Below, in pieces: positions 35,403 to 47,918 of a stretch of DNA of 64,000 bases. Source of the stretch: Chlorokybus atmophyticus (lineage: Eukaryota > Plantae > Mesostigma and Chlorokybus algae); the NCBI GenBank assembly GCA_009103225.1, contig RHPI01002368.1, positions 773,397-837,396 on the forward strand, given 5' to 3'. The notes beneath the pieces are model-generated. The model was given only the letters and a program-made list of their open reading frames with translations, did no database searches and was not told the origin of the DNA. How positions within the stretch are numbered: position 1 is the stretch's first letter; the number at the start of each line of letters is the position of its first letter. Position numbers and translations under genes: made by a program.

Positions 35403-38400
35403 TCAGTCAATAACCTTCTCCCCGGTCGAAAACACGTTCCAGATGACAGTGCCTATGAGATACAACCACACGGCCACGGAGAACACGTCGTCCCACGAGC
35501 CCCGCTTGAGAATGTATCCTGTTGTGAAGGTGCCCACCACGCCCGCGAGCACGCCCGCCGTATTGGACAGACCCAACAACACCCCCTACACAAAAGAGAC
35601 AAACACACACATTCAGCATGGACATGCAGCATGGACATGAAGTGGTTGACAACATGTAAGCCCTGTTGTACGTTACTTACAGCATATCGTGGGCCAATAT
35701 CTTGGTGATTGGAATACAGTCCCGATTGTGAGAAGGCGTCAAAACCCTGCGAATACCAAAAACATGTTAACACACGTCGTGCAAGCATGCATCCAGTTGT
35801 ACTCTGCGTTGGGTATTGCCCTGTTATGACAAACCCCACTATATCTGTATATCGCTATATAATGCGTACCTGAGACCCCATCATGCAAGCGACGGCGAGC
35901 AATGGCGAGCTCACGTACTTCAACCGCGAGAGGAAGAACGCCGGCCCCAAGAAGCCCAATGACTGATAGTACACAAAGCGCGTCACAAAACAGCCAGACA
36001 CACATAAAGTACACATGCAAGTGTGTATGTAAACGTGACATGTGTTTCCATATGTACAGCTATCACACACTCGTATGGAACGTTGCACACTAATGATGAG
36101 TGCGTGTATGCATGCTAATGCTGATGTTAGCCGTCAAGCACTAAATACATGACCTATGCTACTGCAACAAACCACTATCATACTCGTGGATCCGGCACAA
36201 CAGCTCACTGCAATCCTTCAGTCCAACACACTCATGCACACACGCGAGCACATGCACCGACCCACACCTAGTCCCAATCCCAAACCCAATCCCCTTTCAC
36301 AAACACACTCACGCGGGCAACACACACTCTGGCTACCCGATGTACAACCTCGCATACAAGTGTGACACACCCCCAACCCCACTCCCCTCCCACCTGCATG
36401 ATCTTTCGCACGAGCGTGACAGACACGCCCCTCTTTACAAGCGAATCGGCGAGCCAGCCGCCGAGGTTGGACGCGATCGCCATCGTGAGCCAGGGGAGGA
36501 CGGAGTAGAGACCGGACTGGGAGAGGTTGAAACCCAACACCTGGTAGGTAGGGAATGGTATAGGAACGATGATACAAAAATACAATCACTCAGGTTGTGT
36601 ACAAGAAATGATACAGGAATTTCAGGTGCGATCATGGAGGTTGTATCAGTGTTACTTTGTGATGGTGAGGTTGTTGTGAAGAGCTTGTTTCAAAGTTTGT
36701 TGTTGTTGCAGTGTTTGAGGGGAGGGTAGTGTTGTAGTATGGTAGCATGATGGGTGAATTGAAGGTTTGTGTCAGCTTGGGCGTGTGTTGGTATTTATGA
36801 GCAATGATGTGATGCACATACATATGTAACCAACCGGTATTGCATCCTCGCGTGTGTGAGGGTATACGAGCACTATAACTGATACTCCAATTACCATCCT
36901 TACTTCCATGTACACTTGACGTGCCATTAATACAACATATCATAGTTGTCATGCTACACTATCCGCCTTAGTTGCATTACTCACTTTAAGTGATTACAGC
37001 GCACCGAGTCATCACAACTGTATGAATCAAGTGTGCGCGCATGTGTGCGCGCATGCATGTGAGTGCGTCCCACACCTGGTTGTAGTAGGTGGGCATCCAT
37101 GTGAGGAGGATGAACGTGCCCCAGTTGTGGCAGAAATGGCACACGATGATTGCCCACACCGCCGGCTTGCTAAGCAGCTTTCCCCACGGGATTCTCTCAA
37201 CCTGCATACACTAATATGAGTACAACACTCCAACAAAAAACACTCTAGTGACCACCAGCAACTCGTAGGTGAGAACTGTTGTGTCCAGGTGAGACAACAC
37301 TTCACAACAGTTCTGTGTTGCGTTTCACCTGGACACACAACATGGACACAACATGCGTTTTTTCGAACCCAACACACGTTAACCACAAACACCGCCTCTC
37401 TTTGTTGGGGATACAACACCTCAATAAACCACACAACATGTCCCATATACAAAACAATAAGGTCGTGTCTCACCCTGACACACGACCTTACTGCCTTCCA
37501 CTAGACACGACACAAAATAAAATACAACATAAACACAACACAAATTGTTACAAAAACAACAAACACGCACCCTCTCTTGCTTGGGGATATTTGCTGCAAT
37601 GTACCGACGCTCCATGTCTGCGAGCCCCGCGTCCTGCTCGGGCGATGACGCAGCAAACCTGCAGAAAAAGAGTATGCGAGTGTGTAGTGACTGGCTGATC
37701 CATGCGTGCATGCGTGCGGCGTGTGCCATGACTAGTTTTATCGGTTCTTCTATGACACAAGTTCCAGTCCATGCTGAGTGTATATGCAGTGTAAGCTGTG
37801 TACATTCTTATAAATGATAACAACAGCGACCACACAACACACTAGTTAATAATCATGCAGTGCTTTGCATTGGAAATGCAACTGTTGCTGTATGTCACTA
37901 TGCATACGCCTTACCTTTGCCAAAGAGCGAACCAAATGATGCCGGCGGCGCCAAACAGATAAAACACCGAAGGCCAGCCGTAGGATTGAATCAGGGACGG
38001 CGAGCACGAAAGCCCTATACCAAAACCCAACTTTGAGTATTCATTAATGAATGAGCATATACTGTCATCAAGTATCGTTATGACGGCCTCAATAGTCACC
38101 TGCGACGCTGCCCATAAACATGCCCGAATAGACAAGAGCCAGGGAGCGGCTGCGTTCATTCACAGGAACCCATTTCGACAAGACCGAATTCATCGCAGGC
38201 ATCGCCACGCCCTGAGACAGGCATAGATTCACATGAACACACATCACGTGCTTGCTTTACCAACTACTGACATCAAGCCTGAAGTGCTAACTGTATGAAT
38301 AAGCAGCCCACTGCGCTTAATGATAGTACAAAGATAATACAGTACATACAGAGAGAATGATTCAACAGACTTTACGACTACCTGTTGAATCAATGACTTG

Positions 38401-41109
38401 AGATGAGTGTTTCAATGACTGAAACACCTGTTCAGTAACAAGGAAAACCTTGATTACAGCCAGTAAAGTTACTTATACTTACGTAATGTGGATTAAACAA
38501 TTGCTTACGCATATTCCCTCAAATAAGGTAGTCTGGACAGCGGAACATGAAGCAATTGACACATAACTAAGGCTGAACTCAAACAAACAGGCAACGAATC
38601 ATCCATAACAATAGAAGCATACCTCTCCAATGCCCATGCACGCACGCGTGGCGAGCAGCACCGGCAGGCCCGATTTCGCCGCAATGGGCGTCAAAGCCGT
38701 GGCGAGCGACCTACCCACGAAGTCATTGAAACCAACCCCGTAGCACGTTGATACACACACATCAGTCTGGATACACACACACACGCACATGCACGCAAGC
38801 GCGCGCGCGCGCACAACCGCACGTAGGTGCACGTGCGTGTGCATACACGTGTACGCACGCACACACACGCGCACACGTACACGCATGCGCACTCGCGCAC
38901 GAGCACGCGCGCTTGTGTGCGCGCACACATGATACTCACCACCAAATGACGCCGAAACCCAACACCCTCTTGCCTCCTATCCGATCCGCCCACACACCTC
39001 CAGCAATCTGATATCGCACAGAACAGAATCCAGTATCAGCGGGCCATTTACCCAGCCAGCGCTAATGAACACGTGGGGCAGTAATAATATCACAATGAAT
39101 AGTGATGTTATGCATGTGGGGATTGTTGAAGGACGCACGTGCAACTTACAGGCAGCGCGCACACACGCATGCACAAGCACAGGTGGTAATGTGTGTACAT
39201 GTGTGCGCGCGGTTACGTGCAAGCATGTGGGTGCGCAGGCCACATCACACACATGTGTGCAGGTGTGTTATTGCCTGCAAAATTGCACAAACACAGCTGT
39301 TTGTGCAATTTTGCATGTGCAGTTCTGCTCGCATGCATGCACGCATGTGCGTGTGTGCATGTGCGTGCACACGTATACAGGTTTTGCTGCGCTCGCAAAC
39401 AAAAAGCCACATGCACAAGCAGAGGTGTACTCGTGCATGCGTGTACCCGCACACATGCATGTTGTAGTAAACGTGTCCGTGCATGCATACGTGCGCGTAC
39501 ATGTTTGCATGCATGCTCGCATGTGTCCTCGTGGACATGAGCGCGCGCCTGCACCCGCGCATGTGTGCATGTGCATGTGTGTGCACACTCTCACCTGTGT
39601 GAGCAGGTATCCCCAGAAGAAGGAGCTCTGCACGACCCCCATCGTGGTGGAGTCCCAGCCGAACTCCGTGCTCATCGGCAGGATCGAGATCGCCATGTTG
39701 ACGCGGTCCATGTTGCAGAGCAGGAAAGCGAAGAAGCAAAGGCCGACCTGAAAGAAGAGTGAGTGAGTGCATTGTATGTGAGTACACGATTGACTGGACG
39801 AAGTGTAAGTGCAATATGTGCATAACTGGACGAATGAGTGACTGATTTCCAAGTCATCAACAGACTGAGTGGTCGAATCCATCAATACATGCGTGAAATT
39901 ATTGAATGTACCATGCGTGCGCGTATTCATGCATGCATGCGTAGTTGAATGCGAGAATGAAAGCATCACGAATCAGGTCGACATGGCCACCTTTGTCGAC
40001 AGTTCATTTTCGATGAGTGATTGACTGGTCGACCTTATGACTCGTATGGTATGATACGAGCATGTACATCTACATCTATTGTACCGATCGCACATGTGGC
40101 CCTTGCACATGACTGACAATGCAAGTAGTAACAATGCGTGAGTGAATGATGGAGACAAAAGTTTGTGGTCACTCAGTACTATTGGTCATGACTGCATGCA
40201 TGCATGAGTAGATAGAAAGAGTTAGAGTTATTGACTGCATGCCACATCAACCTGTAACACACAATGTGAATAACATAAAGCACCATACCATAGTCCACCG
40301 CGTACGCCATCCTGTTACGTCCGACACCGGCAAAGCCTTTTCTCCAGCTTCTGTTGGCCTAAAATTATGCACAACTAGTGATTACATTGAGACAAAAGAA
40401 CATCCACATCAATATGTTGCATGCATGCAAGTTGCTAAGTACTCGCTAAAATTACACTGGCCTGATGTGTGCATGTATGCATGCAAGCACGGGTAACACG
40501 AGTTGCATAGTGCCAGATTGCATGCGATGCTTGCATGCAATGTGTGATCAACGACAACGATAACAACAAACAACACCAATGTATGTTACAGTATGCACTG
40601 CGTGTCGATCAATGTGCCTCATCAACAACCATCAACAGCATGCATAAGCAGCAGAGCACATTCCAAGCAGGTGACATGCATGATTTGTGTGCAAAGTACA
40701 TGCATGGTATATTGCATGCAATATATGCTTACAACGAAGTGGCCACGCCATTGCCAGCTGTCCCAGCTGAAGCCGATATCGACGCTGTTGACGGATCAAC
40801 AGCGTCCTCATCTCCTCTGGGGCCGAGATCAGCCACACGGGATGAGGCGGCATTGTCAGGCTTCTCCGCCCTGAGCCTGTGCGAGCCGGTGAGCGCCCTG
40901 CGGCGGCGGCGGAGAGCGCATGCCAGGCCAGGCCAGCTGGCCTTGTCCTGCAGTGAAGGCGGAGGCAAGAGTAGGGTTTGCCCTCCGGCTCCAGCCTGCC
41001 GCCGCAAGCTCCGCTCCGGTGCACGGGAGAACGACAACACCGGTCCGGGGGACAATCCCCTAGCTACCCACCCCGCCGCCCCCGTCGCCGCCGCCGCCGC
41101 CGCCGCCAT
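35403..41109 (-). CDS. PHT4: Plastid PHT4/ANTR-family anion (phosphate/ascorbate) transporter, PHT4;1/PHT4;4-like, with transit peptide
   Basis: The Ala/Arg/Ser-rich first exon starts at 41109. Later exons: WRTRWTM|VGLCFFAFLLCNMDRVNMAISILPMSTEFGWDSTTMGVVQSSFFWGYLLTQ | IAGGVWADRIGGK | GVAMPAMNSVLSKWVPVNERSRSLALVYSGM | IPWGKLLSKPAVWAIIVCHFCHNWGTFILLTWMPTYYNQ | SLGFLGPAFFL | DAFSQSGLYSNHQDIGPRYA | GVLLGLSNTAGVLAG..GSWDDVF..FSTGEKVID* (stop 35403-35405). Confidence 0.95.
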
Positions 41110-41475
41110 GACCGCGGTTAGGATGATAAGGGAACAGCTTCAACCGTGGTTAAGTGACTGGAGTCGACGTGGCAGGTTGAGATTCAGTTTGCATAATCCG
41201 GATTTGCAACGGATGGTGGGGATAGGTTAGCCCTAATCGGACGCTTTGTGGTAGCCCACGTTAGATCTCTCTTCTCACCGTACTATTATGATACGGAATC
41301 TCCTTCTACCCAACATGTTGCTAATGCGAGCTTAAGCACAACAGTAAATCGGGGTCTAACCCAACATGATGCGTGTGTGGGTGTAAGCACAACAAGCGTG
41401 TAAAGCTAGCGTGAAGTCTGGTTGTTAGCCTGGTTGTTGGTCAAGGCGGCAGTGTGGTTGAGGAGGACAGCAGCG

Positions 41476-43938
41476 ATGCTGCGCGCGTCTGCGAGGGTGC
41501 TGGCATGCGGAGGTGGCGGTGCAGGGGTGTGGCGCCAGCTGGCGCAGCGATGCGCCAGGTGCATTCCCACAATGCGCTGTATTGTCCTATGTGATCGTTT
41601 GTCTCAATGTCATGAGTATAGCTACACCCAGTACTGAAACTATCGCCATTGGTATTTGCTAGGGTTAGATTCAGTGATGCGATTGGTTGCATATATGTCA
41701 CTTTACACAACATGCTGTTGGATATGACTGCTTTGTTGTTGTCTACCACTGGTGGACTAGTAGTGATGATGACTATGCAGGCTTGTGCATATGAAACGTT
41801 TACAGTTGTGTGATGCACGTCAATTGGCAACGCAGGTTAACTGAATAGTCGTACCAACACATACGAGCACAGATGTGTAAACAGACGTACGTGTATGTGT
41901 ATGTGCGATTATGTAATACAACAGCGTATGTATGTGTGCACACAGCAACATATGCGCGTGCGTATTCGTGTGAGTACTCGCATGCACACAGCAACATGAA
42001 TTGACAGAATGTTGGGTTTGCACACGCACACACACAAGCGCACAAACACATTCGCGCGCACTTGCCTGAACACATGCGCACGTGCGCACGAATGCACAAT
42101 CACGCACACGCCTGTGTATGATTGTATAGTTGTACACCCGCGCACGCACACGCGCACCCACGCATGCATGCATGCATTCATGATTCTACAAACAGCAGTA
42201 CGTGTGATCACGTATACGCACGCGCACGTTAAGTGGACTACATGTACATATGCATGCATGGACACGCGCGCACACGCGCAGACGAACACCATCATGTGCA
42301 CACACACCCACTCTCACTCGCCCACACTCACCCAAAGTCGCACTCACGCTCGCTCGCACGCACGCACGTCTCTTTTGTCTGTTATGTCTCACACATTTCT
42401 CTGTGTTCTTTGTTTGGCAGCGCTTTCAGCGTGGTCAATCCTGCCACAGAGGAGATTATCGCGGAGCTGCCGCAGGACTCACCGGACGAGGTAGGCTATA
42501 ATCATATCAGATCAAATCAACTCACATTGAGCTCAACCCACCCCCCAAACAAACAAAGCAAGCAAAAAGCGACGAAGGATAACCGTGGACATGGCAACAC
42601 ATTAATCAATACACATTTGCAGATCTAAGAAAATGTGTACTGCATTGGTTTCTGTTTGGTCTACTTGAACGTTTCGTGTTTATTTGAATGTAAGAATTTG
42701 CTTGCATGTGCTTGTGTGTTGGTGGGTTGAGTACTTGTGTGGGTTTGTTCATGTTCTGTGCACACTCAGGTCCAGCGCAAGTTTGAGGCGGCAGCCAAGG
42801 CTCAGAAGGAGTGGGCAAAGCGCTCCCTCGACGACCGCAAGGTATGCGTGTATATGTGTGCGTGCGTGTGAACGTACGCACGCATACGCACATGCACGTG
42901 TGTGCGCAAGCCATGCATGTGCACCAACACCCACGTACGTGCGCGCACGTGTGTGCGACTGCGTGCGTGTACACATGTCACACGAAATATATAACACGAC
43001 AACAACATCGTCCGCATGTACGTACAATCACTCTTGCAACACTATGTTGGGTCTTACGCTGTCCCAACCTGGCAGGCCGTGCTGACAAAGTTCGCAACAC
43101 TCTTGCGGGAAAATGAGGTTAGTAACCGAACTGACGTGTCAACAATCATTCGCGTACTGTTGTTCAAGCACGCATGCTTGCACACATACACATATGCGCG
43201 CATCAATCAGAAAATCACTTGCGTATTAAGCCCCCACAACATCAACAACAACGACAACAACAACAACACGTTTGTCACAGGCCGAGCTCGCCTCCACGCT
43301 GTCGAGTGAGATGGGCAAGCCTATCTCCCAGTCGCGCGGGGAGGTGCGCGCCACGGCCGCGCGCATAAGGTTCTTCAACACGCACGCGCACGAGGTGGGA
43401 ACACACACTCGCACGCGTGATACAAAGAAAGCAACTGTTTGGTAAACAGTCACTGATACTGTGACTGATACTGGTGTGTGCACGTGTGCGTGGTTGTATG
43501 ATGCATGTGTCTGTAGCAGTACGCGTCACCAGTTGATAACTGCACAACACACGCACACACACGCGCGCACGGACACGCGTGCGCACATATACACAGCGTG
43601 TCACGATACAACATGCCAATGACACACGTGTCTTCTTGTGCTGATTCAACGTGTTGGTGCTTGCATCTGCTTCGTACATACACATCCACTCCACGCTCTC
43701 TCATCTCACTCATTCATTCATCCACTCATTCACTCACTCACTCAACCCAACCTCCCACTCAGGTCCTGGAGCAAAGAGTCGTTTCAGGTGATGGTGCGTC
43801 GTCCCTTAACGAGATTGTAACCTACGAGCCCGTGGGCGTCGTCGGCAACGTCAGCGCGTGGAACTACCCGTACTTTGTCGGGGCCAACGTCTTCGGGGCA
43901 GCGATGGTGGTGAGTGTGTGCTTGTTCGTCGCGAGCAT

Positions 43939-43979
<41 letters not shown>

Positions 43980-46667
43980 TCTGACTTCAGCATCTCCCAG
44001 TTGGGTAACGCGGTCCTGTACAAGGCCAGCGAGCACGCGGCGCTGACGGGATTGAGCATCGCGCGTTTGATGCGGGAGGCGGGTGCGGGGGAGGCGTTTG
44101 TGGGAGTCACGGGGACGGGAGAGACAGGCGAGGGTTGTTGACTAACATTGTCATCAACATCACAACATCATCAGTGTATCATGATATCGTTACTGGTAGT
44201 ATTATATACTTCTTGTGGCTGTCTCAGGCACACGTGCGTACTGCGCGCGTGTGTGGTTGTTGTGCGTGGGCGCATGGGCGTGCGCGTGCGGCACAAATGC
44301 GTGTGTGCGCGTCTGTGTTTTAGTAAAGAGTGTTTTGTGTGTAAACCTTTGGTTTGGTTCCCTGTAGGTGCTGCGGTGGCGGGGTTGCGCGGGCTGGGCT
44401 CGCTTTTCTTCACGGGGTCGCATAAAACGGGCGTGAAGATCGCCACCGCCGCCGCACCCAACCTAGTCAAAGTACACAGCACTCGCTTACATCCATCCTG
44501 CGCACGCACGTGCGTCTTGTCACCTTCACACTCTGCACCCAACTCCCACACGATGCATGCATATCACTGTACCACACACACGCAGGTCCACCTCGAGCTC
44601 GGCGGCAAGGACCCGGTCTACATCCGTCCCGACGCCGATATCGCCTCAGCAGCGGCGTCGACATCGGACGGCGCCTTCTACAACGCGGGGCAGAGCTGCT
44701 GCGCCGTCGAACGGATATACGTGCACAAATCGGTGTATGAGGAGTTTGTGGAAGAGTATATCAAACATGTGAGAGGGTTCGTTATCGGAGATCCGAGGGA
44801 GGAGAGGACGCATATCGGACCCGTGGCGAGGAAGGAACAAGTGGGGTTTTTGCAGGGACAGGTGGGAGTGGAGGTTGTGTATGACATGTGTGGTGTTGTA
44901 GTGTATCGTTGCATGTCGTGTGTTCCTACGTGGTTTGTTGCAACTTGTACGGGGCGTACATACACTGTATGTGCGCGTATGTGTGTACAGGTGTGCATGC
45001 ATGCCTGTGACTGTAGGCGTGTGTGCGTGTGTGTGCGCACGCGTGTGTGTTTGTGCGCGTGTGGGCGTGTGCATCTGAGTGTAACATCGTGTTGTATGTG
45101 TACAGGTTGAAGATGCTATAAGCAAAGGTGCTGAAGTGCTTGTGAAGGGCGGGCCAATGACAGATCGCCGCGGCTACTATTTTGCGCCCGTGGTATGTAC
45201 ACAGACGGTCATCTTGCATGTGTGAAAATAATTGCACTCACGCACAGCACAAGGACGTGTGAGTGTGCGCGTGTGTGTGCACGCTAGGGTGCGAGTCTGC
45301 ATGCGCATGCGCGTGCATGCGCATGCATGTGTGTATGTGTACGACCCTGCATGTGATTATGTTGCCTGTATGTGACAAATGCAAGCACGCACACAGATGC
45401 ACGCGCATGCCCACATGCAACAACGACTTGCATGCACGGAAACCCATGCGCACGCACATGCAAAAACACACAAGCGCGCATCACAACACACTCCTTCACG
45501 CGTGCCTCTCCCTGCACACAAACCACGCACGCACAACCCCACGAGTCACAAACATATCCCCCCCCCCCCCCCCCCCCCGNTGGACCACTCCATGTCTCTC
45601 ATGCGCCTCGAGTCTTTCGGCCCCGTGATCGGCATCCAGCGCGTCTCCGACGACGACGAAGCGGTCGCGCTGATGGGGGACACGGAGTACGGGCTGACGG
45701 CGGGGGTGTATTCGAGGGACGAAGAGGCCGCGATGAGGATGCTGAAGGGTGAGGGAAGGTGTCATGTTGGGGGTGGGGGTGGGATTGGGTGAACTGTGGG
45801 TGTTTGAGTAGGTGAAGACTGGGAGGTTGGGTGGGTGACGAGTGGGTGTGTAAGTGCGTCTTGAGTGAGTCTGTGGGTGGCGTGGGTTGTGAGGGGGTTG
45901 GGGATTGCGTGGTATGTGAGCTGTTGTTGTTGTTGTTTCATTTGATGGTTCAGTTGCAATGGGTATCTGTCCTCATGTCTGCGTGTTATCGTGTTGTTCC
46001 GGTCTGCTGAGGTTGAGAGTCGGTTTATGTGTCTGTGGGTGTACATCTCAATCCTGTCTGCTTGTGCGTGCAGCGCTGGATGTTGGAACTGGCTACTGGA
46101 ATTGCTGCGATCGCGTGTCACCCGCTCTGCCATGGTAAGCCCATGACTCATATGCATATGAGTTGGGTCCATACCACTTTTATTGTTTGGTGCTTCTTCA
46201 CCGGTATTGAACTGTCGTTGTTGTATCACACTGTGTAAATCACAGTGCGATTTACGCATCACGTTTTAGGCATTAACCCCGTTACAGATGATGTGTGTTT
46301 CAAAGTTACACGCGTACTACTGTTATTCATGCATGCACTGACCACATCACACACAGCCATATATACACATTGTGAGTTTTTACTGTACAACCAAACACAT
46401 GGGTGTAACCTGTGTTGGGTTGTACAGTGCAGTGCCCAGTCCAACCTCATGTTAATGATCATAGTATCTCATGTTGTTGTTGTTGTCGGCAGCAGCTTCT
46501 ACTGACTTTATCAAGATTATGCTTATGATATTGTTTATGTGTGGGTACAACGTGATTTTGACAACAGGTCCGGGCGAAAACATTCTGGCGTGGGTTCGAC
46601 GTTGGGCCTTAACGGTTTGCGCGCGATGGTGCGGCCCAAAGCCTTGCATCTCAAGCGACAGGGATAG
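41476..46667 (+). CDS. NAD(P)-dependent aldehyde dehydrogenase, bacterial-type subfamily, with a putative mitochondrial presequence
   Basis: MLRASARVLAC.. | FSVVNPATEEII | EMGKPISQSRGEV | YEPVGVVGNVSAWNYPY | GNAVLYKASE | FFTGSHKTG | LELGGKDPVYIRPDAD..GAFYNAGQSCCAVERIYVH | ESFGPVIGI..YGLTAGVYS | VGTGYWNCCDRVSPALPW|SGRKHSGVG..RPKALHLKRQG* (stop 46665-46667). Catalytic Cys and Glu motifs are intact. One acceptor and a few codons are lost in the gap at 45580. Confidence 0.92.
43945..43978. repeat. (GT)17 microsatellite in an ALDH intron
   Basis: Perfect GT run. Confidence 0.95.
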
Positions 46668-47918
46668 AGTGACGTGTGCTGTCATCTCTCATCTTCATTG
46701 TGTGTCATTGGATGTGCGTCACATGACATGGGCTGTTGATGTTGGTTGGTTCGTGATCTGTAGCTTTTGTGTGCTGTTCTTCGGGTCTCGGGATGGTGAT
46801 GCAGAGTGCTGTGACCTTGTCATTTGACTGATGTCTGCTCTTTTGGGTTTTGTTGGTATCTGCAATTAACCGTGTGCGCTATGAGTGTAATATATGCGAT
46901 GCAAGGAGTGAAATGTATACAAAGCATGCAATGGAGTATTGTGCCATGCATGACAGATGCGATACTGACGACATGCATTTTTGTAAACTCTCAACTCCAA
47001 CACGACCACCGGGCTGAGGAACCAACCGCCGACTTCACTACTTGCGCGTGCGCTTGCGCATGCGCGTGCGCGCGCATGCTGCGTGTGCATGCATGGGAAG
47101 CAAACAGCTGCAGGTGTGATCCTCATCAGGAATATGGAACAGAACTTCAAGTTCACTGCTCTATAATCTATTTTGGGGCTTTTTTCCCCCGCAAATCCCC
47201 GCAATGGATGTTCTGCATCAAACAGCTTTGCCCTGTGTAAACTCGTGTGCATTTGTGATTGCATCATACCATCGCCATATAAGGATGCATCGTTGCTGGC
47301 TGGTGTCAACCTGAACCAGGAATCAGTCATTCAGTGAGCTTGATTTTCTCTCTCCTGACACCATGGCACCCCATGCACCCATACGTTTCTCCTCGCATAC
47401 GCATGCGCACACATGCGCGCATTACCCCACCCCCACCCACNNNNNNNNNNNNNNNNNNNNNNNNNNNNNNNNNNNNNNNNNNNNNNNNNNNNNNNNNNNN
47501 NNNNNNNNNNNNNNNNNNNNNNNNNNNNNNNNNNNNNNNNNNNNNNNNNNNNNNNNNNNNNNNNNNNNNNNNNNNNNNNNNNNNNNNNNNNNNNNNNNNN
47601 NNNNNNNNNNNNNNNNNNNNNNNNNNNNNNNNNNNNNNNNNNNNNNCGCCCCCACCTCTCGTCCCCCGTGTTTGTATCTTGTGTGAAACCCAAAACAAGC
47701 GCACTCTCTCACACAGCGCTGCGCACAATGCACGCAAGCACGCATTGTGCTACAGCAAGCTTGTAACAAGCAGGCCAACACAAATGATGCACTACACCAA
47801 AGGACATGCATGCCACAATTGCAAGACATATAAGAAACAAGAATAACACCAGCAACAGCACCTCATTAACGAGTCATACCAAGTCCTGTGATGCCTAACA
47901 ATGAAGGTTGCATCATCA

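Noticed and set aside
17117-45792. Numerous Cys/Val/His/Thr/Ala-rich ORFs (CVCARVH.., HTHARTH..)
   Set aside because: These are translations of intronic alternating CA/TG/CG tracts, not proteins.
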